IMG/VR virus record: IMGVR_UViG_3300045256_000135
Span: 119,245 to 183,244 of that record
Reading direction: 5' to 3' (one strand)
Origin: a virus
DNA length: 64,000 nt
The number at the start of each line of letters is the position of its first letter. The stretch's first letter is position 1. The notes beneath the pieces were generated by a model that worked only from the letters and a program-made list of their open reading frames with translations, had not been told where the DNA came from and did not search any database. Shown piece by piece: positions 29,496 to 37,955 of the stretch. Both the position numbers and the translations under genes were made by a program.

Positions 29496-29845
29496 AGCTG
29501 CAAGAGACTGAAGAGTACGGGGAGATCAGGTTTGACATCACAAAGAATGTGACCGCCTACGTTAGCCCCGTCTTGCTCCAGCCTCCGGTTGCGGGTCTGA
29601 CCTGTGTTCTGAATACTCAGCTTCCGGTCTACTCAGCCTTCGATTGGCTGGTGTTTGAGGTAGTGAAGTTCGCGAAAGTACAGCTCGACCTTCGTGGGTT
29701 TCTTGGCCACGACGTGAACGTCTTGTTAGAGTACAGCAGAATCACGGATCCACAAAAGCAGATTCGCAGTGTGAACAGGCAGTGGTTTAACCAAGCAGTT
29801 CAAGCTCGAGCCGCACTTCTCAGACAGAAGGTGAAGTACCCGTGA
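29483..29845 (+). CDS. Hypothetical protein
   Basis: 120-aa ORF overlapping both neighbours in the operon. Confidence 0.55.
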   Translation: MVYVELQETEEYGEIRFDITKNVTAYVSPVLLQPPVAGLTCVLNTQLPVYSAFDWLVFEVVKFAKVQLDLRGFLGHDVNVLLEYSRITDPQKQIRSVNRQWFNQAVQARAALLRQKVKYP

Positions 29846-30120
29846 AGACCTGGTGGGTGTACATCATCCAAAACCAGAAGGGAGTGCTCTACACGGGGAT
29901 CACCACCGAGTGTAGTACTAGGATTAGTGCGCATAACAATGGATGTGGAGCAAAGTTTACCCGTGGTAAAGGGCCGTGGCACCTGGTTGCCTCACTAGAG
30001 GTACCAACTAGATCAGAAGCCTCCAAAATTGAGGCAGCTATCAAAAAGCTTCCCAAAGACAAGAAGGTTGTTGAATTACTTCTCAGAAGAGACTTGATTT
30101 CGCGAAATACATCATTATGA
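29842..30120 (+). CDS. GIY-YIG nuclease (YhbQ/YazA, SLX1-like)
   Basis: WVYII...LYTGIT...RISAHNNG.GAKFTR...ASKIEAAIK. Confidence 0.9.
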   Translation: MKTWWVYIIQNQKGVLYTGITTECSTRISAHNNGCGAKFTRGKGPWHLVASLEVPTRSEASKIEAAIKKLPKDKKVVELLLRRDLISRNTSL

Positions 30121-30127
30121 TTGTTGT
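30093..30127 (+). promoter_or_regulatory. Repeated early promoter, copy 5 (leaderless)
   Basis: TTGATT(30094)-16-TATGAT(30116)-TGTTGT-ATG(30128); overlaps the GIY-YIG 3' end. Confidence 0.75.
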
Positions 30128-30406
30128 ATGAGCACTCTCCAAGCGTTTCGATTGAACCCGGCAATTCTCGAGTTCGAGTTTCAAGAAACCGACACCACGT
30201 TTCTGGGGGAGAAGCGCCAGTTACTGTACACGCTCATCGGATCAAATGACGCGATGACTCGAGGGCATGCGGTAGAGATTTACATCGACGATGGCTCTAT
30301 CCACGTTATGGACATCAAGCAAGGGCGAGAGGTTGAGTCGAGGCCTTGGAGTCTTGACACTCTCGGAAACCTGCTTGAGAAGTATAAAGCCAAGGATCAG
30401 CCCTGA
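30128..30406 (+). CDS. Hypothetical early protein
   Basis: 92-aa ORF starting at the repeat ATG. Confidence 0.65.
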   Translation: MSTLQAFRLNPAILEFEFQETDTTFLGEKRQLLYTLIGSNDAMTRGHAVEIYIDDGSIHVMDIKQGREVESRPWSLDTLGNLLEKYKAKDQP

Positions 30407-30419
30407 AGTCTCGAGATCT

Positions 30420-30466
30420 TTCATCGAGCTCCTTGATTTCTCGTACATCATCATTATGATCATTGT
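30420..30466 (+). promoter_or_regulatory. Repeated early promoter, copy 6 (leaderless)
   Basis: TTCATCGAGCTCC-TTGATT(30433)-16-TATGAT(30455)-CATTGT-ATG(30467). Confidence 0.8.
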
Positions 30467-30670
30467 ATGAGCTACTCCAAATTCAATGAAGAGTTTGCCA
30501 ACGCCAAGACGCGTAAAGCGAAACAGACACTGCTGGAGTCAGTTTCGAAGGGTGATTTCGGAGCCCAGGTCAAATCCTCGATCTTTGGCCTGGGGGATTT
30601 TGATCCTAACCACGATCTGACTCGAGAGCGCCTGGCCGAGATCAAGAACGCTCAATTCGGAGATCACTGA
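30467..30670 (+). CDS. Hypothetical early protein
   Basis: 67-aa ORF starting at the repeat ATG. Confidence 0.65.
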   Translation: MSYSKFNEEFANAKTRKAKQTLLESVSKGDFGAQVKSSIFGLGDFDPNHDLTRERLAEIKNAQFGDH

Positions 30671-30825
30671 TGCTACAGATTGCAATTCTGATCGTAGCCA
30701 TTTGCATTCTGATCGTTCTGATCAGAATCGCTTACCTGTTGGACGTACTCAACGACAACATTTGCAAAAGCTCAGTCATCATTTCTCGGCAGATCGACGC
30801 ACTCGACATAAAGGTGAAGAAATGA
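30670..30825 (+). CDS. Small membrane protein (51 aa, not in ORF track)
   Basis: MLQIAILIVAICILIVLIRIAYLLDVL...; coupled by TGATG upstream and ATGA downstream. Confidence 0.6.
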   Translation: MLQIAILIVAICILIVLIRIAYLLDVLNDNICKSSVIISRQIDALDIKVKK

Positions 30826-32099
30826 AGGTTTTTGAAGTTCTCGAGAAGCTCGAAGCAACCTCCAGCCGGCTCGAGAAGGAGAAGATCCTGCGAGAAGAGG
30901 TGGACAACTCCGAGTTGAAGCTACTGTTCGTCCAGTCGATGGATCCATACGTTACGTATGGAGTTGCAAAGTTCAAGATGCCACCGGCGTCTCAAGAAGA
31001 GGCATCAGGTGTTTTGACAGGATTCGTTGATGTTCTGAATCAGCTTTGTCTTCGGCAAATCACTGGGAATAAAGCGAAAGACAAACTCGAATCTATCTTT
31101 TCGGAAATGACCGAACTCCAGCAGAAGTGGCTCAATCGTGTTCTGCTGAAGAATCTCAAAATCGGGTGTACGTCGACCACGATCAACAAAGTCTGGCCGA
31201 AGCTCATCCCGACGTTCGAAGTGCAGCTGGCTGAAGAGGTTGCAACGACGCAAACGAAGGACGCGTTCACAATCAACGACGAAGTTCGCTATCCTTGCTG
31301 GGTTGATCCAAAGCTGGATGGGCTTCGAATGATCGCGATCAAGCGAAACGGGGAGGTTACTCTGCTGAGTAGAAATGGCCAGGTGTTCGAGAACTTTCCC
31401 TCCATCGCCGAGGCTCTCAAGATCGCAGAGTACGACAACGTGGTGCTCGATGGCGAAGTGATGGGAGCTGACTGGAACGAGAGTCAGTCGATCGCGTTCT
31501 CGAAGTCTTCAAAGAAGAGCGATTCGAACATGATCTATAACGTGTTCGACTGCCTGCCACTGACCGATTGGGTAACGCAGATTTCGAGTCTGAGCTACCG
31601 TGACCGTTTGACGCAGCTGAAGCACATCGTCGGACTGACGAATGACAAGATTCGGCTGGTGGTTGGGACTGAAGTGATGGACGAGGCTCATCTGCTTCTC
31701 TATTACCAGGATCTGTTGAATCAGGGTTTCGAAGGGGTTATGCTCAAGGACCTCTCCAGCCCTTATCAGTTCAAGCGGACGAAGGCTGTTCGAAAGCTGA
31801 AGCCAATCGCTACTCTCGAGGGTGTGGTTTCTGGCTGGTTCTTGGGGCACAAGAACAGCAAGTGGGAAGGGAAGTTCGGTGGATTTCTGGTTCGGTTGCC
31901 AAACGGAGTTGAAACTCGGGTGGGTGGTGGCTTCTCGGATGAGCAAAGGAAGCAGTTCATGGAAGACCCTAACTCGCACATCGACAAGGTTGTGGAGTGC
32001 CAGTGCCAGCCTCCGCTGACTGCAGATGGGAAGATGCGATTCCCGGTATTCCTTCGGTTCCGTAACGAAGCCGACGTAGATCCCAAGGTGCTCGGATGA
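30822..32099 (+). CDS. lig: ATP-dependent DNA ligase
   Basis: DPKLDGLR (motif I), VLDGEV, YNVFD, EGVMLK, KLKP, RFPVFLRFR; likely start ATG 30822. Confidence 0.93.
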   Translation: MKVFEVLEKLEATSSRLEKEKILREEVDNSELKLLFVQSMDPYVTYGVAKFKMPPASQEEASGVLTGFVDVLNQLCLRQITGNKAKDKLESIFSEMTELQQKWLNRVLLKNLKIGCTSTTINKVWPKLIPTFEVQLAEEVATTQTKDAFTINDEVRYPCWVDPKLDGLRMIAIKRNGEVTLLSRNGQVFENFPSIAEALKIAEYDNVVLDGEVMGADWNESQSIAFSKSSKKSDSNMIYNVFDCLPLTDWVTQISSLSYRDRLTQLKHIVGLTNDKIRLVVGTEVMDEAHLLLYYQDLLNQGFEGVMLKDLSSPYQFKRTKAVRKLKPIATLEGVVSGWFLGHKNSKWEGKFGGFLVRLPNGVETRVGGGFSDEQRKQFMEDPNSHIDKVVECQCQPPLTADGKMRFPVFLRFRNEADVDPKVLG

Positions 32100-32227
32100 A
32101 ACACAAACACATCAAGCCAAGGTTTGAACAGTGCTCCCAGTGCAAACGACGAAACAAGACGGTTAAGGCAAGGAACTTTGGGTTCGGCCTTGTCCTGCTC
32201 TGTTGCTCAAGGTGCTGCTCAAAATGA
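32096..32227 (+). CDS. Small zinc-finger protein (43 aa, not in ORF track)
   Basis: MKHKHIKPRFEQCSQC...LCCSRCCSK; ATGA-coupled on both sides. Confidence 0.5.
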   Translation: MKHKHIKPRFEQCSQCKRRNKTVKARNFGFGLVLLCCSRCCSK

Positions 32228-32463
32228 CAAAGAGAAAGAATCCTCTCGAAGGCGTCACGATTCGCTATGGCAGTATGACCTTCAAAGTAACGAAAGGTCA
32301 ACCAGTCCCTGAAGAGCAGATGGTCGATCTAGCACGCGAGTACAACCAAGAGAAGGTGTTTCGAAGCTGCGACTATTGTGGAGTCAAGATCCTGGTCAGT
32401 CGAGGCAACATGGGACCTTCTGGCACATACTGCATGAACTGTCTTGCGGCAAGCTCAATGTAG
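32224..32463 (+). CDS. Small zinc-finger protein
   Basis: CDYC...CMNC. Confidence 0.55.
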   Translation: MTKRKNPLEGVTIRYGSMTFKVTKGQPVPEEQMVDLAREYNQEKVFRSCDYCGVKILVSRGNMGPSGTYCMNCLAASSM

Positions 32464-32471
32464 GTGAGATC

Positions 32472-32963
32472 ATGATTCGAATGTTCAACGGTAAGTTCAG
32501 CTTCTTGTCCAACTTCCACCCGTCACAAATCAAGATCTGGAACATGACGTTCCCAACAGTCGAGAACGCGCACCAAGCGCGGAAGACTCTCGATTGGAGC
32601 TTGCGCGAGACCTTTCAAGCAATGACACCTGGCCAGGCAAAACGTGCTGGACGAAAGCTCGCAATGGCTCCAGGCTTTGACGGGATCAAAGTCGACCACA
32701 TGCGTACATGTCTCCGTCGGAAATTCCTGATTCCAGAGCTTCGCAGGCAGCTTGAAGAAACAGGGCAACTTCGTCTCGAAGAGGGCAATACTTGGGGTGA
32801 TCGGTTCTGGGGAGTATGTCAAACTGGGCCGCTGACTTGGACTGGTGCCAACAATCTGGGGCTCTTGCTCATGGAGGTTCGTAAGGATCTTCAGACAGGT
32901 AAGTTCAAGGAGTGGGAAGAGTTTCTCGCTAAAGATTCTGAGGCGATCTATGGGAATTCGTGA
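32472..32963 (+). CDS. NADAR (YbiA-like) family hydrolase
   Basis: FLSNF, FPTVENAHQARK, EGNTWGDRFWGV, GANNLGLLLMEVR. Confidence 0.9.
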   Translation: MIRMFNGKFSFLSNFHPSQIKIWNMTFPTVENAHQARKTLDWSLRETFQAMTPGQAKRAGRKLAMAPGFDGIKVDHMRTCLRRKFLIPELRRQLEETGQLRLEEGNTWGDRFWGVCQTGPLTWTGANNLGLLLMEVRKDLQTGKFKEWEEFLAKDSEAIYGNS

Positions 32964-33132
32964 CGTACATCACGTGGTGAATACATGCCCTCGGTGTGGG
33001 TTCCACCGACAGACTCGTACCACGGAATGCAAGATCTGCAGCTGGAACAAAGAGGATCGTGAGGAGTACAATTCTCTGAAGTCCACTGAAGAGCGCGCCG
33101 CCTTCCGCAAACGTAAGATGCACGGACTATGA
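32950..33132 (+). CDS. Small zinc-ribbon protein
   Basis: CPRC...CKIC; start at ATG 32950. Confidence 0.55.
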   Translation: MGIRDVHHVVNTCPRCGFHRQTRTTECKICSWNKEDREEYNSLKSTEERAAFRKRKMHGL

Positions 33133-33596
33133 CTGAAGAACCTACAGAATACGTTGTACTGGTACAGATCGGTTTTCAACGCGGTGCCGGAAAGAAACCG
33201 GGTCAATTAGTAAAGGCCTTCCACCAGTTTAAAACTGGTGGAGAGACCGAAATTACCCGCGGAACGACCGAAGAAGAGGGGAAGTGGCTAACCGACCTTT
33301 CTGACCGGCTTGTCAGACAGTGGTACATGGCCAAGGTGCGTATGTCAGAGGGAGATTCCATCCGCTACGAGATCTTCACTGGCTACGCCGGGAGAGGTGA
33401 AGATCAAAACCTGACACAGAAACGCATGTACATTGTCGATTCAAGTGCCCCAATCCGCACCTTTGAGTTGCCTCAGGTTGGCTTCAATCGCTACCCAATT
33501 CTGAAAGGGCGACTCCTAGAGGTAGAGTCGGTGACAAAGAGGGAAGAAACTGATAGGGAAATTGAAGGTTTCATTGACGACGAATCGGGGATGTGA
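33129..33596 (+). CDS. Hypothetical protein
   Basis: 155-aa ORF, ATGA coupled. Confidence 0.6.
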   Translation: MTEEPTEYVVLVQIGFQRGAGKKPGQLVKAFHQFKTGGETEITRGTTEEEGKWLTDLSDRLVRQWYMAKVRMSEGDSIRYEIFTGYAGRGEDQNLTQKRMYIVDSSAPIRTFELPQVGFNRYPILKGRLLEVESVTKREETDREIEGFIDDESGM

Positions 33597-33611
33597 CAGG
33601 TTGAACGTAGG

Positions 33612-33623
33612 TATAATAGTACG
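33612..33623 (+). promoter_or_regulatory. -10 box of a probable leaderless promoter for the SNF2 gene
   Basis: TATAAT(33612)-6 nt-ATG(33624); no SD and no good -35. Confidence 0.5.
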
Positions 33624-35444
33624 ATGCCTATTGATCTCGATGTGACACCGGATGGCTCAAAACTGATTGTCTGGTTGGTTGATCCACGTTTTACCAACCA
33701 GATGAACCTTTTGCTATCATCTCTGCTGACGAGTCAGTTAGATCGCGTTCACGATCAGTGGTTGGTAACTTGGAGCGACTTCAAGCAACTCCGCGTAAAG
33801 ATGGACCAACTGGGTCTCACAGAAGGACGTTCAGCCACACAAGCTGCAGTCTCTTGGATCGCGGATCAGGAAGCTAGAGACGTTGAGGTGGAGTCGATCA
33901 AAGAGGGGAAACAAAACCATCTTGTCCATCTCCCAAAGACGGTTGTAACTAAACCGTACGAAGATCAGATCACCGGGATTCGATTTCTCACGGCTATACC
34001 TTTCGCTGTTCTGGCTGATGAGATGGGTATCGGCAAGACCCTTCAGATCCTAAGCGCCTTCGCTGTGCTCAAGTCGAAAGGCGAAGCGAAGCACATGCTG
34101 GTGATCGCACCCAACAGTGTCAAAACTGGATGGGTCAAAGAGGTTAACAAGCACACCACGTTGACAGTATCCGCCCTCGGAAACGGCTCAGTACAGTTGG
34201 AGCAGGACTTCGACAAGTACAAAAAGAAGCGAACTGATGTGTTGGTTGTGCATTACGATGCACTTTCCAGTACGAAGACGAAGCACAACCGGCGACGTCT
34301 ACCGTACTCTCATCTGGTTGAAGAGGCTCTAAAGCTTCCCTGGGACTTCATCGTGTTTGATGAAGCACATCAAGTCAAGTCTCTAGAAACGAAGCGAGGT
34401 CAAGCTTCATTGCACCTTGCAGCAAACGCTAAGACTGACAAGAAGACTAGAGCCAGATTGTGCTTAGCCACCGGCACGCCAGTTTCAGAAAGCCCGATGG
34501 ATGCATGGTCAGTGCTAAACTTCATCGACAAGAGCCAATTACCAAAGACTTACAACAAGTTCGAGAACTATTTCACCATCAAAGTTCGAAAAGAGATGGG
34601 TGGTCGCGTATGGGGTGAGACAACAGGCTACAAAAACCTGGGCGAACTGAAACAGCTACTTCAACGCTCGATGATCCGTCGACTGAAAGTGGACATCAAA
34701 GGGATGCCAGAGAAAGTATCGCAGTTTCGCTATCTTCAGATGACTGGAGCTCAACAGCAACTGTACAACGACATCAAGCGTGGTCTGTACGATACAATCG
34801 AGCAGGACCCAAACAACAAGCTTTCGATCGCCTTTGCTATGACAAAGTGCATCAGATTGAGGCAGGCTCTGAATCACCCCTCGCTTGTTGAAAAAGAGGG
34901 AGAGAGTGCTAAGTATCAGATTGTGGATGAGATTCTGGACGAGGTGCTCACTGACCCAATGTCCAAAGTTGTACTCTGGACAGAGTTTAGAGCAGCTGCA
35001 GACTTGCTGGTTGAACGGTACGAGAAGAAGTATGGCTGCATCAAGCTAGTCGGTGGTACTTCACAAGAGCAGCTGAGCTACTGGTCCAAGAATTTCGACC
35101 ATATGCCTCAGCGCGTTGCAGTTGGTATCCCGCTGTTTGGTGGCACTGGTGTTGACTTCTTGAGTCGGTGCCGAACCGCGATCTACCTAGAGCCACCCTA
35201 CAGTCTGATTACTTTCAGGCAGTCTTGTGATCGCATCCATCGCAGAGTTGGCACAGGTAACGACCCGATCGAAGTGATCAAGCGATCTCCAGCCAACCTC
35301 ATCTTCTTGCAAGTTGAGAAGTCCATCGATGAGCTGTGCTACAAACTGCTAGCACGAAAAGGCGACATGGTCGATCTACTGCTTACCAGCGACGAGAAAC
35401 TTGAGCAGATGGGCAAGACAGAGCTCCTAGAGTACCTCAAGTAA
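33624..35444 (+). CDS. SNF2-family helicase/ATPase
   Basis: LADEMGIGKT, VFDEAH, ATGTP, MIRRLK, LRQALNHP, GTGVDF, DRIHR. Confidence 0.92.
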   Translation: MPIDLDVTPDGSKLIVWLVDPRFTNQMNLLLSSLLTSQLDRVHDQWLVTWSDFKQLRVKMDQLGLTEGRSATQAAVSWIADQEARDVEVESIKEGKQNHLVHLPKTVVTKPYEDQITGIRFLTAIPFAVLADEMGIGKTLQILSAFAVLKSKGEAKHMLVIAPNSVKTGWVKEVNKHTTLTVSALGNGSVQLEQDFDKYKKKRTDVLVVHYDALSSTKTKHNRRRLPYSHLVEEALKLPWDFIVFDEAHQVKSLETKRGQASLHLAANAKTDKKTRARLCLATGTPVSESPMDAWSVLNFIDKSQLPKTYNKFENYFTIKVRKEMGGRVWGETTGYKNLGELKQLLQRSMIRRLKVDIKGMPEKVSQFRYLQMTGAQQQLYNDIKRGLYDTIEQDPNNKLSIAFAMTKCIRLRQALNHPSLVEKEGESAKYQIVDEILDEVLTDPMSKVVLWTEFRAAADLLVERYEKKYGCIKLVGGTSQEQLSYWSKNFDHMPQRVAVGIPLFGGTGVDFLSRCRTAIYLEPPYSLITFRQSCDRIHRRVGTGNDPIEVIKRSPANLIFLQVEKSIDELCYKLLARKGDMVDLLLTSDEKLEQMGKTELLEYLK

Positions 35445-35917
35445 CCCTGCTCTACCATGTCTTTCCCACATCTAGCTATCTAAGCTAATGCACATGACGA
35501 GTCTAATGATACGTCAAAGAGCCAAGAATCTCCGGAGTTTAAACGAGCAGCTTGATGACGAGGAGCATTGTACGTTGGATGCACGCTTGGCTTGAACTAC
35601 TCATGCACAGTATTTACCGTACACTGTCTCTGACTGCTGGTCGACAGCTGCACAAGGGTGTATATACACCCTTCATCTTTTATTCTCTAAACTAGTCTTT
35701 TTCTTCTAGTCTATGATTCTTAGCTAAGAGACTAAGAGACTAAGAGCTAGATGATCATTTGGACCTGCAAAAACCAAAACCGGAGATTGTCGATCCGTTG
35801 GCCGAAAAGAGTTCGGTGGTTCTCTACAGTAGACTAAACTGAGAACAGTAGGTAAATCAACTCTGTCGATCCGAGTAGTCAATTCTTGGAGTCGACAACA
35901 TAGCCACGTAGGGAACG
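35445..35917. other. Long non-coding region, candidate replication origin
   Basis: Perfect 20-bp palindrome at 35654-35673, T-rich tract, and CTAAGAG(A) x3 at 35724-35746; upstream of initiator/loader/helicase genes. Confidence 0.5.
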
Positions 35918-37162
35918 ATGGGACTAAAGCCTCGAAAGTCACAGGCGCCAGTAGCTGTTGCATCGGATCTTTCACCGGTTTACCCGAAGTTGTCAGAACT
36001 GGGTGAGATCTACACCAAAGCTCGACCGCCGAACTTTCACCGCGTACTCCTTGAGATTGCTCAAGAAGTAGCAGCTTCCGATACGATCAAAGCGAAAAAG
36101 TACGCTCAGATTTCAGACAAAAGTACTTGGGTGTACAAGGTACTGTCTGGAACAGCGGGTCTTCAGCAAGTTGCGTCAACGCTTACGGGGATGGTGCCGA
36201 AGGTTGGCGGACTAGTGAAGCTATTCTCGCATCTTGGCTACACTGACCCGGACGACTACTTGATCCTCGCAGGCAAGTTTCTGTCGAAGCTCATAACGGA
36301 TCCAACGCTTTTCAGAAAGCCACGAAGTTGGTTCACACCGTCTCAGAGCATGAATTCTCAGGGAGGTAAGTACTGGTCCAACCCATTGACTAACTTGGTT
36401 GAATCGGTCTGGTACAGTTACGGTCAGGATCCACAGAGATCACTGGATTTGCTTACTCACACCACAGCTTTGGTGCACGAAGGCAATCTAGTCGAGACAA
36501 GGTTTGACGGGTCAAAAGTGGTTTGGGACTTCACTGTTCTCGCCAAGATAGAGCAGTTCTGCGCTCAGCGAAAGAAGTCTGTCATTGGCGTTCTCCGTTA
36601 TCTGACGGAGAAGTTTCGGTTGAAGAAGCAGTGGATCGATGGACAGCAGTTTGCTAAGCATCCAACGTATTCCCAGCTGTTTTCCGACCTTTGCTTCGAC
36701 ACTGAGACAATTACACGTTTGCCAGACGCAGACCAAGAGTGGAAAGTGGACCTCGCACTTCACTTTGGCATCCCAGGAATGCCAAAGATTCCAAACGAGC
36801 TTTTGTTTGGACTCGATCTGCGTTCGACTGCTATGCTTGACAAAGAGCTGATTGCTATTGCTAAGAATGGCGATCGAGTCTACAAAGACAAAACAGGCAC
36901 AGTTCACTCCGAGGGTCACCCCACGAGTAGAATCCAGCAGGTGGTGAATTGGGGTAAAGCGATTCAGATTTGGGTGAATGAGGGCAACTGGGAAGAGCTG
37001 AGATCTGCTTGGGATTCGCCTCCTGAACGATGCCCGTGGGTTTGGTACGAGAAGTGGGGGAACAAGCTATATCGAGACGATGGCACTGCGATTCATCCCG
37101 ACGCTAAGCTGCGTCCACCGGTTGAGTGGCTGGAGATGTTGAATGCAAAGAAGACTGGATAA
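35918..37162 (+). CDS. Hypothetical protein, candidate replication initiator
   Basis: 414 aa; assignment from position before the DnaC-like loader only. Confidence 0.45.
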   Translation: MGLKPRKSQAPVAVASDLSPVYPKLSELGEIYTKARPPNFHRVLLEIAQEVAASDTIKAKKYAQISDKSTWVYKVLSGTAGLQQVASTLTGMVPKVGGLVKLFSHLGYTDPDDYLILAGKFLSKLITDPTLFRKPRSWFTPSQSMNSQGGKYWSNPLTNLVESVWYSYGQDPQRSLDLLTHTTALVHEGNLVETRFDGSKVVWDFTVLAKIEQFCAQRKKSVIGVLRYLTEKFRLKKQWIDGQQFAKHPTYSQLFSDLCFDTETITRLPDADQEWKVDLALHFGIPGMPKIPNELLFGLDLRSTAMLDKELIAIAKNGDRVYKDKTGTVHSEGHPTSRIQQVVNWGKAIQIWVNEGNWEELRSAWDSPPERCPWVWYEKWGNKLYRDDGTAIHPDAKLRPPVEWLEMLNAKKTG

Positions 37163-37955
37163 CGTTGAAGATTGGTGCGCAAGCTGTCCGTTGTGCCAAG
37201 GCAGCATGTTCCTCAGTGCAACTTCGTCAGAGAGATGCCCATGCTGGCGATTGTTTATGTCAACCAACAGGTTGATAGCCTGCGGGTTTCCAAGAGCGTA
37301 CACATTGTTCAACTGGGACAGTATGTGGCCGACGAAACTTCAGACTTCCAAAGAGTGGGAGGCACAGTTTCCAGATTCGTACGCTTGGGAGTTTGACCAA
37401 GAGACAACTGACGAAGAGGCAATTCGTTACTGGGTAGACAATCCTGATCAGGTGCAAACTCGAGGACTTTCGTTGCTTCTGTTCAGTGGCAAAGGGGTGG
37501 GAAAGACTTCGCTCGCTACTACTCTAGCAAAAGAGTATACGAAAAGAGTGGGGGTTGACGATTCCGGTGCCATCGGAAGCTTCACTCCGCGATTCATTGT
37601 AACGGATACTCTGTATGAGCTGATTCTGACGAGATCGTGGCACGGACTCGAGCTGTATCAGAAAGCAATCTCCTCGGATCTGCTGGTTTTGGATGATCTT
37701 CGACTGTCATTCAAAGGGATGGGTGCCAACGACTATTTTGAGCGTTTGCATTCGTGTCTTCAGCATAGGGCTGCAAACAACTTGCCAACGATCATCACTG
37801 TGAACAAGATTGATGATCGCAAAGATTTCCAGGCCAACTGCGTAACAGATTTCTTGGGTGTGCAAGCAGCTGAGCTACCAGACAAGTTTGGTAAGTACAG
37901 ATTTGTTAGGTTGAGCAATACTGCCCTCCGACCAGAGCCTGAGTGGGGAATCTGA
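37143..37955 (+). CDS. DnaC/IstB-like helicase loader ATPase
   Basis: N-terminal CPLC...CPC; SGKGVGKTS Walker A; LLVLDDL Walker B; LPTIITVN. Confidence 0.85.
   Translation: MQRRLDNVEDWCASCPLCQGSMFLSATSSERCPCWRLFMSTNRLIACGFPRAYTLFNWDSMWPTKLQTSKEWEAQFPDSYAWEFDQETTDEEAIRYWVDNPDQVQTRGLSLLLFSGKGVGKTSLATTLAKEYTKRVGVDDSGAIGSFTPRFIVTDTLYELILTRSWHGLELYQKAISSDLLVLDDLRLSFKGMGANDYFERLHSCLQHRAANNLPTIITVNKIDDRKDFQANCVTDFLGVQAAELPDKFGKYRFVRLSNTALRPEPEWGI

Noticed and set aside
29842-30120. GIY-YIG as a mobile homing endonuclease
   Set aside because: Only 92 aa, of the YhbQ/SLX1-like type, and lacks a DNA-binding extension.
22575-30469. Repeats as a CRISPR array or integron attC sites
   Set aside because: Spacing is irregular (0.3-3.8 kb) and contains whole genes. 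There is no cas or integrase gene and no attC-type RYYYAAC/GTTRRRY ends; -35/-10 geometry explains them better.
30702-30821. N-terminal extension of the ligase given in the ORF track (TTG start 30702)
   Set aside because: Ligase-like sequence starts at ATG 30822; the upstream stretch is better explained by the coupled 51-aa membrane ORF in another frame.
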